64,000 bases of DNA from an uncultured Bifidobacterium sp. (GCA_964387855.1 CAYLYA010000008.1:3404-67403); one strand, 5' to 3'. Counted from the stretch's first letter, positions 11,201-20,918 are shown. The notes: generated by a model from the letters alone, not told the origin. Program-made: numbers and translations.

Positions 11201-11794
11201 GGTCACATCGCCGACGTCGGCTTCGATCTTTACATGCGCATGGTCGGTGAGGCAGTTGCCGACTACAAGTCGGGGTACATGGAAGTCGATGAGAAGAACC
11301 TTGAGTGCAAGGTGGAGCTTCCGATCAACGCTCACTTGTCGGATCAATATGTTCCAGGAGAGCGCATCCGCCTCGACCTCTACCGCCGATTGGCAGATGC
11401 AGCATCTGGGACCGTAGTCGATGAGATCCGCGATGAACTGATCGATCGCTTTGGGACATTGCCAGAGGAGGCTGAGTCCTTGCTGAAAGTGGCCCAGCTT
11501 CGAGCCCTCGCAAAGTCCGTCAAACTCACCGAGGTCGTCCTCCAGGGCAAGCATTTGCGCCTGGGACCTGTGAAATTGCCAGAATCCATGCAATTGCGCC
11601 TGACCCGTCTCTATCCGGGCTCTCTCTATAAGACCGCAACCAATACGGTCCTGGTCACTTTGCCGACGGCCTCGGCATGGGTGCCGTCCGTAGGCAGCAC
11701 CGACATGGTGGATACTTCTCTACTGGAGTGGGCCACCACGGCCATTGAGAATCTCGTAGTTCCAACGACGCCAATGAAAGCGAGCAGGACGTGA
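8279..11794 (+). CDS. mfd: Transcription-repair coupling factor
   Basis: Contains the CarD-like segment GDYVVHEQHGIGRY, helicase motifs GDVGYGKTE, DEEQRFG and the TRG motif region QLHQLRGRVGRG. The track start at 8252 is TTG, so I prefer the ATG at 8279. Confidence 0.95.
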   Translation: MRGLLPALSASKDISEAITATGSLVAPTSIYPFLIALRAQERPLIVVTSSSRGAEDLATELRTLHENVYEFPAWETLPHERLSPRSDTVAKRIHVLYEIEKQRREGTSTHPIIVTPSRGLIHRFIADLAKSPLMELEIGQEIGLEKLVNHLSALAYSRTDLVERRGEFAVRGGIVDIFLPLSDHPVRVDFFGDEIEELSYFEVADQRTFNPVVGALHIYPCRELLLTESVKERALRIPVRYPAAKEICERLAEGIVTEGMESLIPLLVDDQQSILERALPNTEVIFIEQERIRSRSADLLATNEEFLAASWSNAAFGGEAPLYDGQETYLTWDEIQQQLSDLGISSRNYSPFGSDLEEDVIFLDATPIEPMRGNTDRAVEIISDSLLHNHSVVFSALGSGMAERFADIFRNADLPVRMVSEIAGQPVHGTVYVTTSKLSHGFLSHAASLLFMTERDLSGHKGSGKDGDALPSRRKQAIDPLELKTGDYVVHEQHGIGRYIELVHRTIGTITREYLVIEYASAKRGQPGDRVFVPTDSLEQVSKYVGGEAPTVHRIGSGDWQKAKGRARKAVRQIAGELIRLYAARTSTPGYAFSPDTPWQRELEDAFSYIETPDQLSTIEEVKRDMEKPYPMDRIICGDVGYGKTEIAIRAAFKAVQDGKQVAVLVPTTLLVQQHSATFTERYSGFPVKVAGLSRFNSAKESKEILKDLETGSVDVIIGTHRLLSQDVVFKDLGLVIVDEEQRFGVEQKESLKKLRTSVDVLAMSATPIPRTLEMAVTGIREMSTITTPPEERHPILTYVGPSEDAQISAAIRRELLRDGQVFYIHNRVESIDQAASKLQTLIPEARIRVAHGQMGEHQLEDVILGFWNRDFDVLVCTTIVESGLDISNANTLIVERSDRFGLSQLHQLRGRVGRGRERAYAYFLYPSDTPLSEVAIDRLKTIAANTDLGSGMRVALKDLEIRGAGNLLGGEQSGHIADVGFDLYMRMVGEAVADYKSGYMEVDEKNLECKVELPINAHLSDQYVPGERIRLDLYRRLADAASGTVVDEIRDELIDRFGTLPEEAESLLKVAQLRALAKSVKLTEVVLQGKHLRLGPVKLPESMQLRLTRLYPGSLYKTATNTVLVTLPTASAWVPSVGSTDMVDTSLLEWATTAIENLVVPTTPMKASRT

Positions 11795-12399
11795 AAAGAG
11801 TTATCGCCCTAATTACAGTAGCCAGCGCCCTATTACTAGCTGGTTGCTCCCAGGTTGGCGCCGCTGCAACGGTTGGTTCTACAAAGATCACACAGGCAAC
11901 AGTGCAGAAGAGCATCGACGGCATTCTTGCCGAGCGCGCAAAGGTCGACACCACAGGAATGCAGATATCAACTGGCGCCGAACTCAACCGCAGCCAACTC
12001 CGCTTCCACTTGATCTCCGTCCTGCTTGGCGCAGTCGCCGCTGACGAGAAGATCACGATCAAGAAGTCTGAACTCGATGAACGGCGCGCGACGATCATCA
12101 CCCAGCTTGGTGGCGAGGCGAACCTTCCTAAGGCACTTGTTGGCGCATCGATCGCATCTGTTGATTTCCCTCTGTACCTTGAATTGATTTTGCAGTCCGA
12201 GAAGATTGCACAGTACGCAGCAGCCCACGGCGTCGCGCAGGCTGACACGGGAACTGCAATCCAGAAGTTGGTTGTTGCAAAGGCTGCGGCCCTCAAGGTC
12301 ACGGTCAATCCACAATACGGAAAATGGGATCCTGTAACCGGTGACATTCTTGCCGCTGATGCAGCAAGTTCAGCAGCAAGCCCTGCCGCGACTAAATGA
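11791..12399 (+). CDS. Lipoprotein, SurA-N-terminal-like chaperone domain
   Basis: MKRVIALITVASALLLAGC has a lipobox. The GTG start overlaps the mfd stop (GTGA). An mfd-downstream position for this protein is conserved in actinobacteria. Confidence 0.65.
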   Translation: MKRVIALITVASALLLAGCSQVGAAATVGSTKITQATVQKSIDGILAERAKVDTTGMQISTGAELNRSQLRFHLISVLLGAVAADEKITIKKSELDERRATIITQLGGEANLPKALVGASIASVDFPLYLELILQSEKIAQYAAAHGVAQADTGTAIQKLVVAKAAALKVTVNPQYGKWDPVTGDILAADAASSAASPAATK

Positions 12400-13049
12400 C
12401 CTCATCTCACTTGCAACAACTCGTTGCGGTGATGGATCGACTCCGTTCGCCCGGCGGGTGCCCATGGGACGCCGAGCAGACTCATGAGTCGTTGGTTAAA
12501 TTCTTGCTGGAAGAGTCCTACGAATATATCGAAGCCGTCGAGACGCAAGATCGCGATGCAATGCGCGAAGAACTCGGCGATGTATTGCTGCAGGTGTACT
12601 TTCATGCGCGCATGGCAGAGGAACATCCGACCGATCCTTTCTCAATAGAGGATGTCGCTCAGACTGTTGCCGAGAAATTGATCCGTCGTCACCCGCATGT
12701 GTTTGCCGATGCTGAAGATCTATCCAGTGATCAGGTTCTTGAGAATTGGGAAGCGCTCAAAGCCAAAGAGAAAGGGCGCACTTCAGCAGTTGATGGCGTT
12801 CCCGTTGGGCAGCCAGCGCTGCCTCTCGTTGCGAAATTGCTCTATCGCGCCGAGAAGAACCGACTGAAATTGGAATTGCCTTCGAAGATTCACGAGCCAG
12901 AAGAGGCTACTCAGGAAGCGGTGGGCGAAGTATTGCTTGCAACCATTGCATGGGCGAGTGGACATGGCGTCGATCCGGAAGGTGCCCTTCGCCTCGTGGC
13001 ACGCAATTTGGCTGCTCAGATAGCCGAAATTGAAAGCACGGTAGGATAA
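12396..13049 (+). CDS. mazG: MazG-family nucleoside triphosphate pyrophosphohydrolase
   Basis: EESYEYIEAVE....EELGDVLLQV is the MazG EExxE motif region. The gene sits in the conserved mfd-mazG-eno arrangement. Confidence 0.85.
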   Translation: MTSSHLQQLVAVMDRLRSPGGCPWDAEQTHESLVKFLLEESYEYIEAVETQDRDAMREELGDVLLQVYFHARMAEEHPTDPFSIEDVAQTVAEKLIRRHPHVFADAEDLSSDQVLENWEALKAKEKGRTSAVDGVPVGQPALPLVAKLLYRAEKNRLKLELPSKIHEPEEATQEAVGEVLLATIAWASGHGVDPEGALRLVARNLAAQIAEIESTVG

Positions 13050-13112
13050 ACCCGCAATCAGCGAAGCCAATCAGTGTTGATGGCACGCCTTTATCAATAA
13101 CTTAAGAATTGA

Positions 13113-14408
<1,296 letters not shown>

Positions 14409-14424
14409 AGACTCGGAATAGACA

Positions 14425-14820
14425 ATGTCGTCGCCACGTTCGGGGAAGAAGAAAGGTTCTGGACGGGCGATGACGTTGGCACTTGTTCTTTTCTTGCTCT
14501 CGTGGACTTTGGCTCCTCCAACCCAGAGGTATTTCGCACAGCGGGCCCAGATCAACGCTGTAAAAGCCCAAGTTGCCGCCAACGATCAAGCACTTGCTGA
14601 CGCGGCAAAGCAACTGGAACTCTGGAAAGACCCGGACTACATCAAGACGCAGGCTCGCGAACGGCTCCATTTCGTCCTGCCGGGAGAGCGCCAGTACATC
14701 GTGACCGATACAGCCGAGACTCCAGCCGCACCGACAACAGCGGTGGCAAAAGATATTCCGAGCGGTTTGCCTTGGTACAACCGCCTTATTGCATCAATCA
14801 CCGAAGTGGGATCTAAATGA
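14425..14820 (+). CDS. Septum formation initiator family protein (FtsB/DivIC-like)
   Basis: N-terminal TM segment, then a coiled-coil and the ...LELWKDPDYIKTQARERLHFVLPGE motif typical of the family. The position after eno is conserved. Confidence 0.75.
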   Translation: MSSPRSGKKKGSGRAMTLALVLFLLSWTLAPPTQRYFAQRAQINAVKAQVAANDQALADAAKQLELWKDPDYIKTQARERLHFVLPGERQYIVTDTAETPAAPTTAVAKDIPSGLPWYNRLIASITEVGSK

Positions 14821-15320
14821 GAACTGCTACACCTGCTGACTTGGAATGCATTCAAGAACAGTTGGGTCGACGCCCACGAAACGTTCATGCCATTGCGTAT
14901 CGCTGCCCCTGTGGCAATCCTGCAGTGGTGGAGACGCCACCCAGATTGGAAGATGGGACACCGTTTCCCACTTTCTATTATGCGACGTGCCCGAAACTCA
15001 CCGGTGCGATTTCAACATTGGAATCAAGCGGCTTAATGGTCGACATGAACCGTCGGTTGGCGATCAACCCCGAATTGGCTGGTGCATACGCCGCCGCTCA
15101 CGATGATTACTTGGCAGCGCGCGCCGCTCTCGGAATTTACGTTGAGGAGATTGAAGACATTTCTGCGGGGGGAATGCCAGATCGAGTTAAATGTTTGCAC
15201 TCACTCGTCGCACATTCACTTGCTGCCGGTCCCGGAGTAAATCCTTTGGGCGATGAGGCATTGGCCATGTTGCCCAAGTGGTGGCTGGACTCACCATGCG
15301 GATCGGAAAAAGAAGAATGA
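14817..15320 (+). CDS. DUF501 domain protein
   Basis: CPCGNPAVVETPPRLEDGTPFPTFYYATCP matches the DUF501 family that sits between ftsB-like and ppx genes in actinobacteria. It overlaps the upstream stop by 4 nt. Confidence 0.75.
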   Translation: MRTATPADLECIQEQLGRRPRNVHAIAYRCPCGNPAVVETPPRLEDGTPFPTFYYATCPKLTGAISTLESSGLMVDMNRRLAINPELAGAYAAAHDDYLAARAALGIYVEEIEDISAGGMPDRVKCLHSLVAHSLAAGPGVNPLGDEALAMLPKWWLDSPCGSEKEE

Positions 15321-16231
15321 GGGTCGCAGCCTTTGATTGCGGGACCAACTCGATCCGTCTGCTGATTGCAGACATCGAAGGAGACTCATTCCGCGAAATT
15401 TTTCGTGGCATGGAGATCGTCCGCCTTGGTCAAGGCGTCGACAAGACCGGCGAGTTCCACCTCGATGCAATTGCCCGAACATTTGCCGGCGTCGATCTGT
15501 TCGTGAATGAACTGCGACGACGAGGTGTTGAGAAGATCCGCTTCTGTGCGACGAGTGCATCACGCGATGCGAAGAACCGAGATATTTTTCTCAACGGCGT
15601 GTACGAGCGACTTGGCGTATATCCAGAGGTGATCTCGGGGGATGAGGAAGCGGCCTTGTCGTTCCAAGGCGCTTCGCGCGAACTCCATGCCAGCCAGGCA
15701 CCCTTCTTGGTCGTGGATATCGGTGGCGGGTCAACAGAATTCGTCTACGGCCATGAAAATGTGGAATTCGCAAAGAGCGTCAACATCGGGTGTGTCCGTA
15801 TGTCTGAGCGCCATTTCCACACCGATCCGCCGGCCGTGGCTGAAATCGGCTTGGCCATCACCGATATCAAAGAGGCAATCAAGACCGCCGCGACCGTTGT
15901 GCCAATAACGCAGGCGAAGACGCTGATCGCTGTTGCAGGAACCGCGACGACAGTTGCCGCGGCGGCTCTTGGTTTGGACAGATATGACCCGAACGCGATC
16001 CACCTTTCACGAATTCCTGCCGAGCGAGTCCATGAGATTTCACAGATGTTCTTGTCTATGACTCATGCCGAGCGAGCCGCTCTTCCATACATGCACGAAG
16101 GGCGAGTCGACGTGATTACCGCAGGGGCACTTGTCCTCTCGCAGATCATGGAAGCCACCGGTGCGAAGGAATTCGTCGCATCTGAAAGCGACATCCTCGA
16201 CGGCATGGCTTGGTCCCTTGCCAAAAGTTAA
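15317..16231 (+). CDS. Ppx/GppA-family exopolyphosphatase
   Basis: MRVAAFDCGTNSIRLLIAD and VVDIGGGSTEF are ASKHA/Ppx-GppA motifs. The start was trimmed to the ATG at 15317, which overlaps the upstream stop (ATGA). Confidence 0.85.
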   Translation: MRVAAFDCGTNSIRLLIADIEGDSFREIFRGMEIVRLGQGVDKTGEFHLDAIARTFAGVDLFVNELRRRGVEKIRFCATSASRDAKNRDIFLNGVYERLGVYPEVISGDEEAALSFQGASRELHASQAPFLVVDIGGGSTEFVYGHENVEFAKSVNIGCVRMSERHFHTDPPAVAEIGLAITDIKEAIKTAATVVPITQAKTLIAVAGTATTVAAAALGLDRYDPNAIHLSRIPAERVHEISQMFLSMTHAERAALPYMHEGRVDVITAGALVLSQIMEATGAKEFVASESDILDGMAWSLAKS

Positions 16232-16958
16232 GAGGACGGATGTCATCGTCCTCAGCTCGAAGTCGTCAACAATTGAGGAACTAGATACGAACATCATCGG
16301 ATGCAATGCATGTCCACGCCTTGTCGATTGGCGAAATGAAGTGGCGATCACAAAACGCAAGTCCTACGTCGACCACGATTACTGGGGCAAGCCAGTTACA
16401 GGGTTCGGATCGGACAAGCCAAGGCTTGTGATTGTCGGTTTGGCGCCCGGTGCTCACGGCGCAAATCGCACGGGTCGAGTTTTCACTGGTGATTCATCTG
16501 GTGACTGGCTATTCGGTTCGCTGCATCGCATTGGTATTGCGAAGATTGCGACAAGTGTCTCTGCCGATGACGGCCAGAAACTCAAGCACACTCGAATTAC
16601 AACCGCTGTCCGATGCGCACCTCCGGGAAACGCCCCTGAGATAGATGAACGCGATCGATGCGCGCCGTGGTTCAAACGCGAACTTGAGTTGGTGATGCCG
16701 ACGGCCAGAGCATTTGTGGGACTCGGTGCATTCGCATGGGGTGTTCTCTTCAAGACCCTTCAGGAACTCGGCCATCCGGTTGGTCGAGTGAAATTCACCC
16801 ACGGTGTTGAATTTCGATACCGCTATGAAGGGGTGGAGTACTTGTTGATCGCCAGTTTCCACCCGAGCCAACAGAACACATTCACGGGCAAGCTGACGCG
16901 GCAGATGTTGGATTCGGTGCTTGAGAAAGCGGGTAGATTTGCCCACGCTATTAAGTGA
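16218..16958 (+). CDS. Uracil-DNA glycosylase superfamily protein (family 5 / UdgB-like)
   Basis: CNACPRLVDWR and VIVGLAPGAHGANRTGRVFTGD (GLAPxxHG type), with HPS near the C-terminus. The start is unresolved: no ATG/GTG/TTG lies in frame after the ppx stop, and TTG 16218 is the nearest candidate. Confidence 0.75.
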   Translation: MPKVKRTDVIVLSSKSSTIEELDTNIIGCNACPRLVDWRNEVAITKRKSYVDHDYWGKPVTGFGSDKPRLVIVGLAPGAHGANRTGRVFTGDSSGDWLFGSLHRIGIAKIATSVSADDGQKLKHTRITTAVRCAPPGNAPEIDERDRCAPWFKRELELVMPTARAFVGLGAFAWGVLFKTLQELGHPVGRVKFTHGVEFRYRYEGVEYLLIASFHPSQQNTFTGKLTRQMLDSVLEKAGRFAHAIK

Positions 16959-16975
16959 TAGGTAAGCAGCAGCAC

Positions 16976-17048
16976 GCCCTCGTAGCCCAATGGCAGAGGC
17001 AGAGGACTTAAAATCCTCCAAGTGTGGGTTCGACCCCCACCGAGGGCA
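16976..17048 (+). tRNA. tRNA with anticodon UAA (reads Leu UUA); Leu-like D and anticodon arms but only a 5-nt variable loop
   Basis: Hand fold: acceptor GCCCTCG/CGAGGGC, 3-bp D stem GCC/GGC, anticodon stem GAGGA/TCCTC with loop CTTAAAA (anticodon 17009-17011), variable loop CAAGT, T arm GTGGG-TTCGACC-CCCAC, discriminator A. No CCA is encoded. Confidence 0.75.
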
Positions 17049-17448
17049 CTTCTAAGATTCCGGCTCTCCGATCGGCATGGCGATTGATAGAAGTGGACAG
17101 TCTTGTATGGGGCGACTGTCGGTGTCGCTCAATTCATGCAAATGTCTTTATGGGTGAAGCCCTGGTGGGGAGTCAGGCCGAAGAACTGATCTGAATACTG
17201 GGTTTAGAATGGAGGTGCCGAGTGGTTGTACCAGGGAATGGTCTAAACAATTAGCGTCACATGTGTCGGTTAGTCTGGATCAATGTGGATGGATCGATTA
17301 GAGCCGAGTGCGACGCTCGACGTCTGGATCTCTTCGGCAATTTGTGCATTTCGTGTATCGGCAGAATTCGTTAAGGCGATCGAACACAAATGCATCGCCA
17401 TTCGCGCGACAATTATTGTAAGTATCCGCAGAAGGTGGCATAGATAAC

Positions 17449-19029
17449 GTGGGCGACTGGCAGCCGTCACGGACATACAACTCACTCATTAACGGACATC
17501 ATCGAGTTGCCGAGAGTCGCGCGATTTATGGCATAAATGTGAGTCTCTCCACTTCGGCGACAGGTCCTGATTCCATAAGTATTCCGTATTCGGAATTCGT
17601 AGAACGAGTATGTGTGTACAGGACTTCTGATGTACTGCGTGCGCTGTCGGTGCAATCGGGTGAATTATTTGCGCCTGACGCGAAAAGAGAGCATTGGCGA
17701 ATCATAAATCCATGGGCTGCCGCAGCAATAGCCAAAGAATCACTTTTGCACGGAAGCGAAGAACCAGATCAGCGAGATCTATCGGCTGAGCAGATTTTCG
17801 ATCTTTTTTCGGACTTCGGTCATGCTCATGATCCAGAGCCCGACGATCAACACGCCGTGGCCAGGATTCTCGCGACCATGTTTTATGAACAGTTCGGTTG
17901 GCAGGAGTCGATATTTGAGGAACTTGCCAGGGCGGCTGCACTTTTTCGTGGCGGTTCAACGCGAGATCACGAGTTCATTCGCCAGATAATTGAAGACGCT
18001 CTGGGCGTAAGCATTGAGGATGCGATCGCAGCCACCTTCGTCATATCGGGGGGAAGCAAAAACCAGAATGGACGTTGGAGACCAGAGCTATTGGACGACG
18101 AAAATATCCGTGAATTATTCGACATAGTGCCCAAGGAAGCCGTACTTAAATATGCAGCCTTTCTGACGGCAGACAGAGGGAAATTTGAAGAAAGTCACAC
18201 GCGGGCGATGTCTCGTGTTCCGAACGCAGACGTTAGTAAGCCACAACGTCATGGCTTTAATCCACTATTCAAGCATCCGATTGTCGAGATATCTCCAAAT
18301 GAAATGGTTGTGCCAATCGACTCTCTTGTGGCACGGCGACTTTCGCCCGCAATGCTCTATTACGATGCCATCGCTTTGGCCGACCAAGATTTCACAAGTC
18401 CACTTGGGAGAGTTGTCGAGGATTATGCAGGTCGACAACTTAAAGAGCTGGAATCATCAGGTAGCAGGGTAATTTCAAAATTCAGACATCGAGCAAAGAA
18501 AGAGGAATTCGAGTCTACGGATTGGTTCGTCGATCTCCCAGACTGCGTTCTTTTCGTCGAAGTGAAGTCAGCCCGAGTCCTTCTTGCCGAAAGAATGGGA
18601 CAAATGCCTGAGGACCGTGGGGTAAGGTCATTGCTAACAGAAGCTTTCAATCAGATTAACAAAGACGTGAATCTTTTCATTGCTAAAAAATCCGAGTTCG
18701 TAGCGCACATTCCAAGCGGCAAGCCGATGTTGGGGCTCGTCGTGACGTCCGAGCCGATCTATCATGGGAACTCGCCTTTCATCAGGGAACTTCTACCCGC
18801 TCCCAAAATCCCCATCACAGTCATTCCGATGCGCGTTTTGGAAAGGATTGTGATGATGGATTCCCGTCTTTTGGGAGCAGCGTTACTCTCCGTGCTGCAC
18901 GACTCGGAGAAGAGCACCTGGCCACTTATTACAGCTCTTGGAAACATGGAAGGTGTGCCCCTTAACCGCATTCTCCAGAACGCGGCCGACGAACTGCCAA
19001 TCTTCCGATGGAAGCCGACACAGGCATAG
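17449..19029 (+). CDS. Orphan 526-aa protein with a PD-(D/E)xK-like nuclease motif in the C-terminal third
   Basis: No family recognised by eye. STDWFVDLPDCVLFVEVKSARV (nt 18520-18567; D358/D362/D365 ... E371-V-K373) fits the D...ExK restriction-endonuclease-like pattern. The GTG start is uncertain. Confidence 0.6.
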   Translation: MGDWQPSRTYNSLINGHHRVAESRAIYGINVSLSTSATGPDSISIPYSEFVERVCVYRTSDVLRALSVQSGELFAPDAKREHWRIINPWAAAAIAKESLLHGSEEPDQRDLSAEQIFDLFSDFGHAHDPEPDDQHAVARILATMFYEQFGWQESIFEELARAAALFRGGSTRDHEFIRQIIEDALGVSIEDAIAATFVISGGSKNQNGRWRPELLDDENIRELFDIVPKEAVLKYAAFLTADRGKFEESHTRAMSRVPNADVSKPQRHGFNPLFKHPIVEISPNEMVVPIDSLVARRLSPAMLYYDAIALADQDFTSPLGRVVEDYAGRQLKELESSGSRVISKFRHRAKKEEFESTDWFVDLPDCVLFVEVKSARVLLAERMGQMPEDRGVRSLLTEAFNQINKDVNLFIAKKSEFVAHIPSGKPMLGLVVTSEPIYHGNSPFIRELLPAPKIPITVIPMRVLERIVMMDSRLLGAALLSVLHDSEKSTWPLITALGNMEGVPLNRILQNAADELPIFRWKPTQA

Positions 19030-19157
19030 ATTCAGGACTGATACCAATTTCTCAGTCTATTCTCAGCAAATTGGAATGGCGGGGAAGATCCTTGCCTCTA
19101 GCATTGTTCCACCATTGATGGATGCTCCATCGATGTCATTCAAGGAGATATGAATCT

Positions 19158-19955
19158 ATGCAAAGTTCCAATCCTGTATTGGGAAGAGCTTTCAACAACA
19201 AGCGAGGCTTCGCCTCCATGGGCTCGGTTGCAACTGCGCCGGTGGACTCGACACTTGAGGATCTCTACAACGCCCCAGCTGCCTCATCGCTTCGCACTGG
19301 TCGCATGACCATGGACGACGTCGTCACCCGCACCGGAATTCTTTTTGGCGTACTCGTCATAGCTGGTGCTGCCGCATGGACATTGAACCTAGGCCTAGGC
19401 GTCATGATGATCGGCCTACTGGTCGGCTTCGGACTGGCCATGGCACTCACATTCAGCAAGACAGTGCGTCCTTCGCTTGCGATTGCCTATGCAGCGGTTG
19501 AAGGTCTGGCACTTGGAACCCTGAGCCACTTTTACAACCTTGCATACCCAGGCATCGTCAGCCAGGCGATCCTCGGAACCCTCGCCGCGTTCGTCGGAGT
19601 TCTTTTCGCCTATCGCAGTGGCAAGGTTCGCGTAACACCACGCTTCACTCGAATCGTGATGGGCGCGGCAATTGGCTACCTCGTTCTCGGCTTAATCAGC
19701 ATGTTCGCCGCGATGGCGCATGTCGGTGGCGGAATGGGCTTCTACGGAATTGGCGGACTCGGCCTTCTACTTGCGGTTGCAGGTGTTAGTCTAGCGAGTG
19801 TCTTCCTGATTCTAGATTTCGATCAGATTCAAAAGGGCGTCGCTGCCGGAGTGCCAGAAGCAGAATCCTGGCGCGCAGCATTTGGCCTGATGGTCACCTT
19901 GGTCTGGCTCTACATGGAAGTTTTGCGACTGCTTTCAATTCTGCGCAATAACTAA
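19158..19955 (+). CDS. Bax inhibitor-1/YccA-family membrane protein
   Basis: Trimmed to the ATG at 19158 after the RBS AAGGAGA. MQSSNPVLGRAF... is followed by about 7 hydrophobic segments, typical of actinobacterial BI-1 family proteins. Confidence 0.8.
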   Translation: MQSSNPVLGRAFNNKRGFASMGSVATAPVDSTLEDLYNAPAASSLRTGRMTMDDVVTRTGILFGVLVIAGAAAWTLNLGLGVMMIGLLVGFGLAMALTFSKTVRPSLAIAYAAVEGLALGTLSHFYNLAYPGIVSQAILGTLAAFVGVLFAYRSGKVRVTPRFTRIVMGAAIGYLVLGLISMFAAMAHVGGGMGFYGIGGLGLLLAVAGVSLASVFLILDFDQIQKGVAAGVPEAESWRAAFGLMVTLVWLYMEVLRLLSILRNN

Positions 19956-19987
19956 CTACTGCTTTAAGAAATCTCTGTTCGGCGTTT

Positions 19988-20040
19988 GAACTGAACCCCC
20001 TCAGTCGAGGCTCTCGATTGAAGGGGTTCAGTTCGTTTCT
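19988..20040 (+). terminator. Stem-loop with perfect 12-bp arms downstream of the BI-1 gene
   Basis: GAACTGAACCCC (19988-19999) pairs with GGGGTTCAGTTC (20023-20034). The loop holds a nested TCGAG/CTCGA hairpin, and GTTTCT follows. Confidence 0.5.
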
Positions 20041-20162
20041 GGGAGGGCACTTTCTTTCTTTCGCCAACGTGAAATCTAGTTGATATTGATTATCGCCATG
20101 CCCAACTGAAACAACGGAGGTTATGGTTGACATGACTCAAACCTCAAGGTACGGTAAGAGTC

Positions 20163-20918
20163 ATGATGACCAAAACATCTATGAGTGAATCTCCCCTAGG
20201 TTATGACCCGTCCCAATACCCGCCGTTCGCGGTGACAGTGGACGTGGTCATCCTGACGATGTCCGAAGGCGAACTGAAGGTGCTCCTCGTGCGTCGCGGC
20301 GAAGCGCCTTTTGAGGGTGAGTGGGCAATCCCCGGTGGCTTCAAACGTCCCACCGAAACGTTGGACGAAGCGGCAAAGCGTGAGTTGACCGAGGAAACAG
20401 GTGTTGATGCCGCGAGATTGTTGACCCAGTTCGGCGCCTACGGTGATCCTGGTCGCGACCCGCGCATGAACGTCGTCACGGTCGCCTATCTGGCCGTGCT
20501 CCGTGATGTGGGTGCAGTGGTTGCAGGCTCGGACGCCGCGGACGCCCGACTGGTCTCAGTCGCCAAGGTGCTCAACGGGGAAGTTGAATTGGCTTTCGAT
20601 CACGAACGAATTGTGCGAGATGCAATCGCTCGCGTCCGCGTCGAACTCGAGGTCTCAGGTGTGGCGACTGCGTTCATTGGCGTGACCTTCACTTTGGCTG
20701 AATTGCGGGCGGTGTACGAGGCGGTATGGGGAGTGCAACTAGACGGCGCGAATTTTCGGCGAAGCATTGTTGCTGAGGATGGGTGGGTGATTCCGACTAG
20801 TCGTCGTGCTCAGCCTGGTTCAACTGGAGGAAAGCCGGCCGAGCTGTTTCGAGCCGGAAGATTGTGGAAGCACGGTGGGCCAATTAGACGCCCACAACTA
20901 AGTCAGAAGCGGAAGTGA
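20163..20918 (+). CDS. Nudix hydrolase with C-terminal winged-helix domain (NrtR-like architecture)
   Basis: The Nudix box is GGFKRPTETLDEAAKRELTEETGV. About 100 further residues (FTLAELRAVYEAVWG...NFRRS) resemble the NrtR DNA-binding domain. Confidence 0.75.
   Translation: MMTKTSMSESPLGYDPSQYPPFAVTVDVVILTMSEGELKVLLVRRGEAPFEGEWAIPGGFKRPTETLDEAAKRELTEETGVDAARLLTQFGAYGDPGRDPRMNVVTVAYLAVLRDVGAVVAGSDAADARLVSVAKVLNGEVELAFDHERIVRDAIARVRVELEVSGVATAFIGVTFTLAELRAVYEAVWGVQLDGANFRRSIVAEDGWVIPTSRRAQPGSTGGKPAELFRAGRLWKHGGPIRRPQLSQKRK

Noticed and set aside
17049-19160. An integrative element (integrase, att direct repeat) next to the tRNA
   Set aside because: I found no tyrosine or serine recombinase-like ORF in any frame. 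No copy of the tRNA 3' segment (…GGGTTCGACCCCCACCGAGGGCA) occurs at the right border. The only GGTTCAA match (about 17953) lies inside the ORF without flanking tRNA-like stems.
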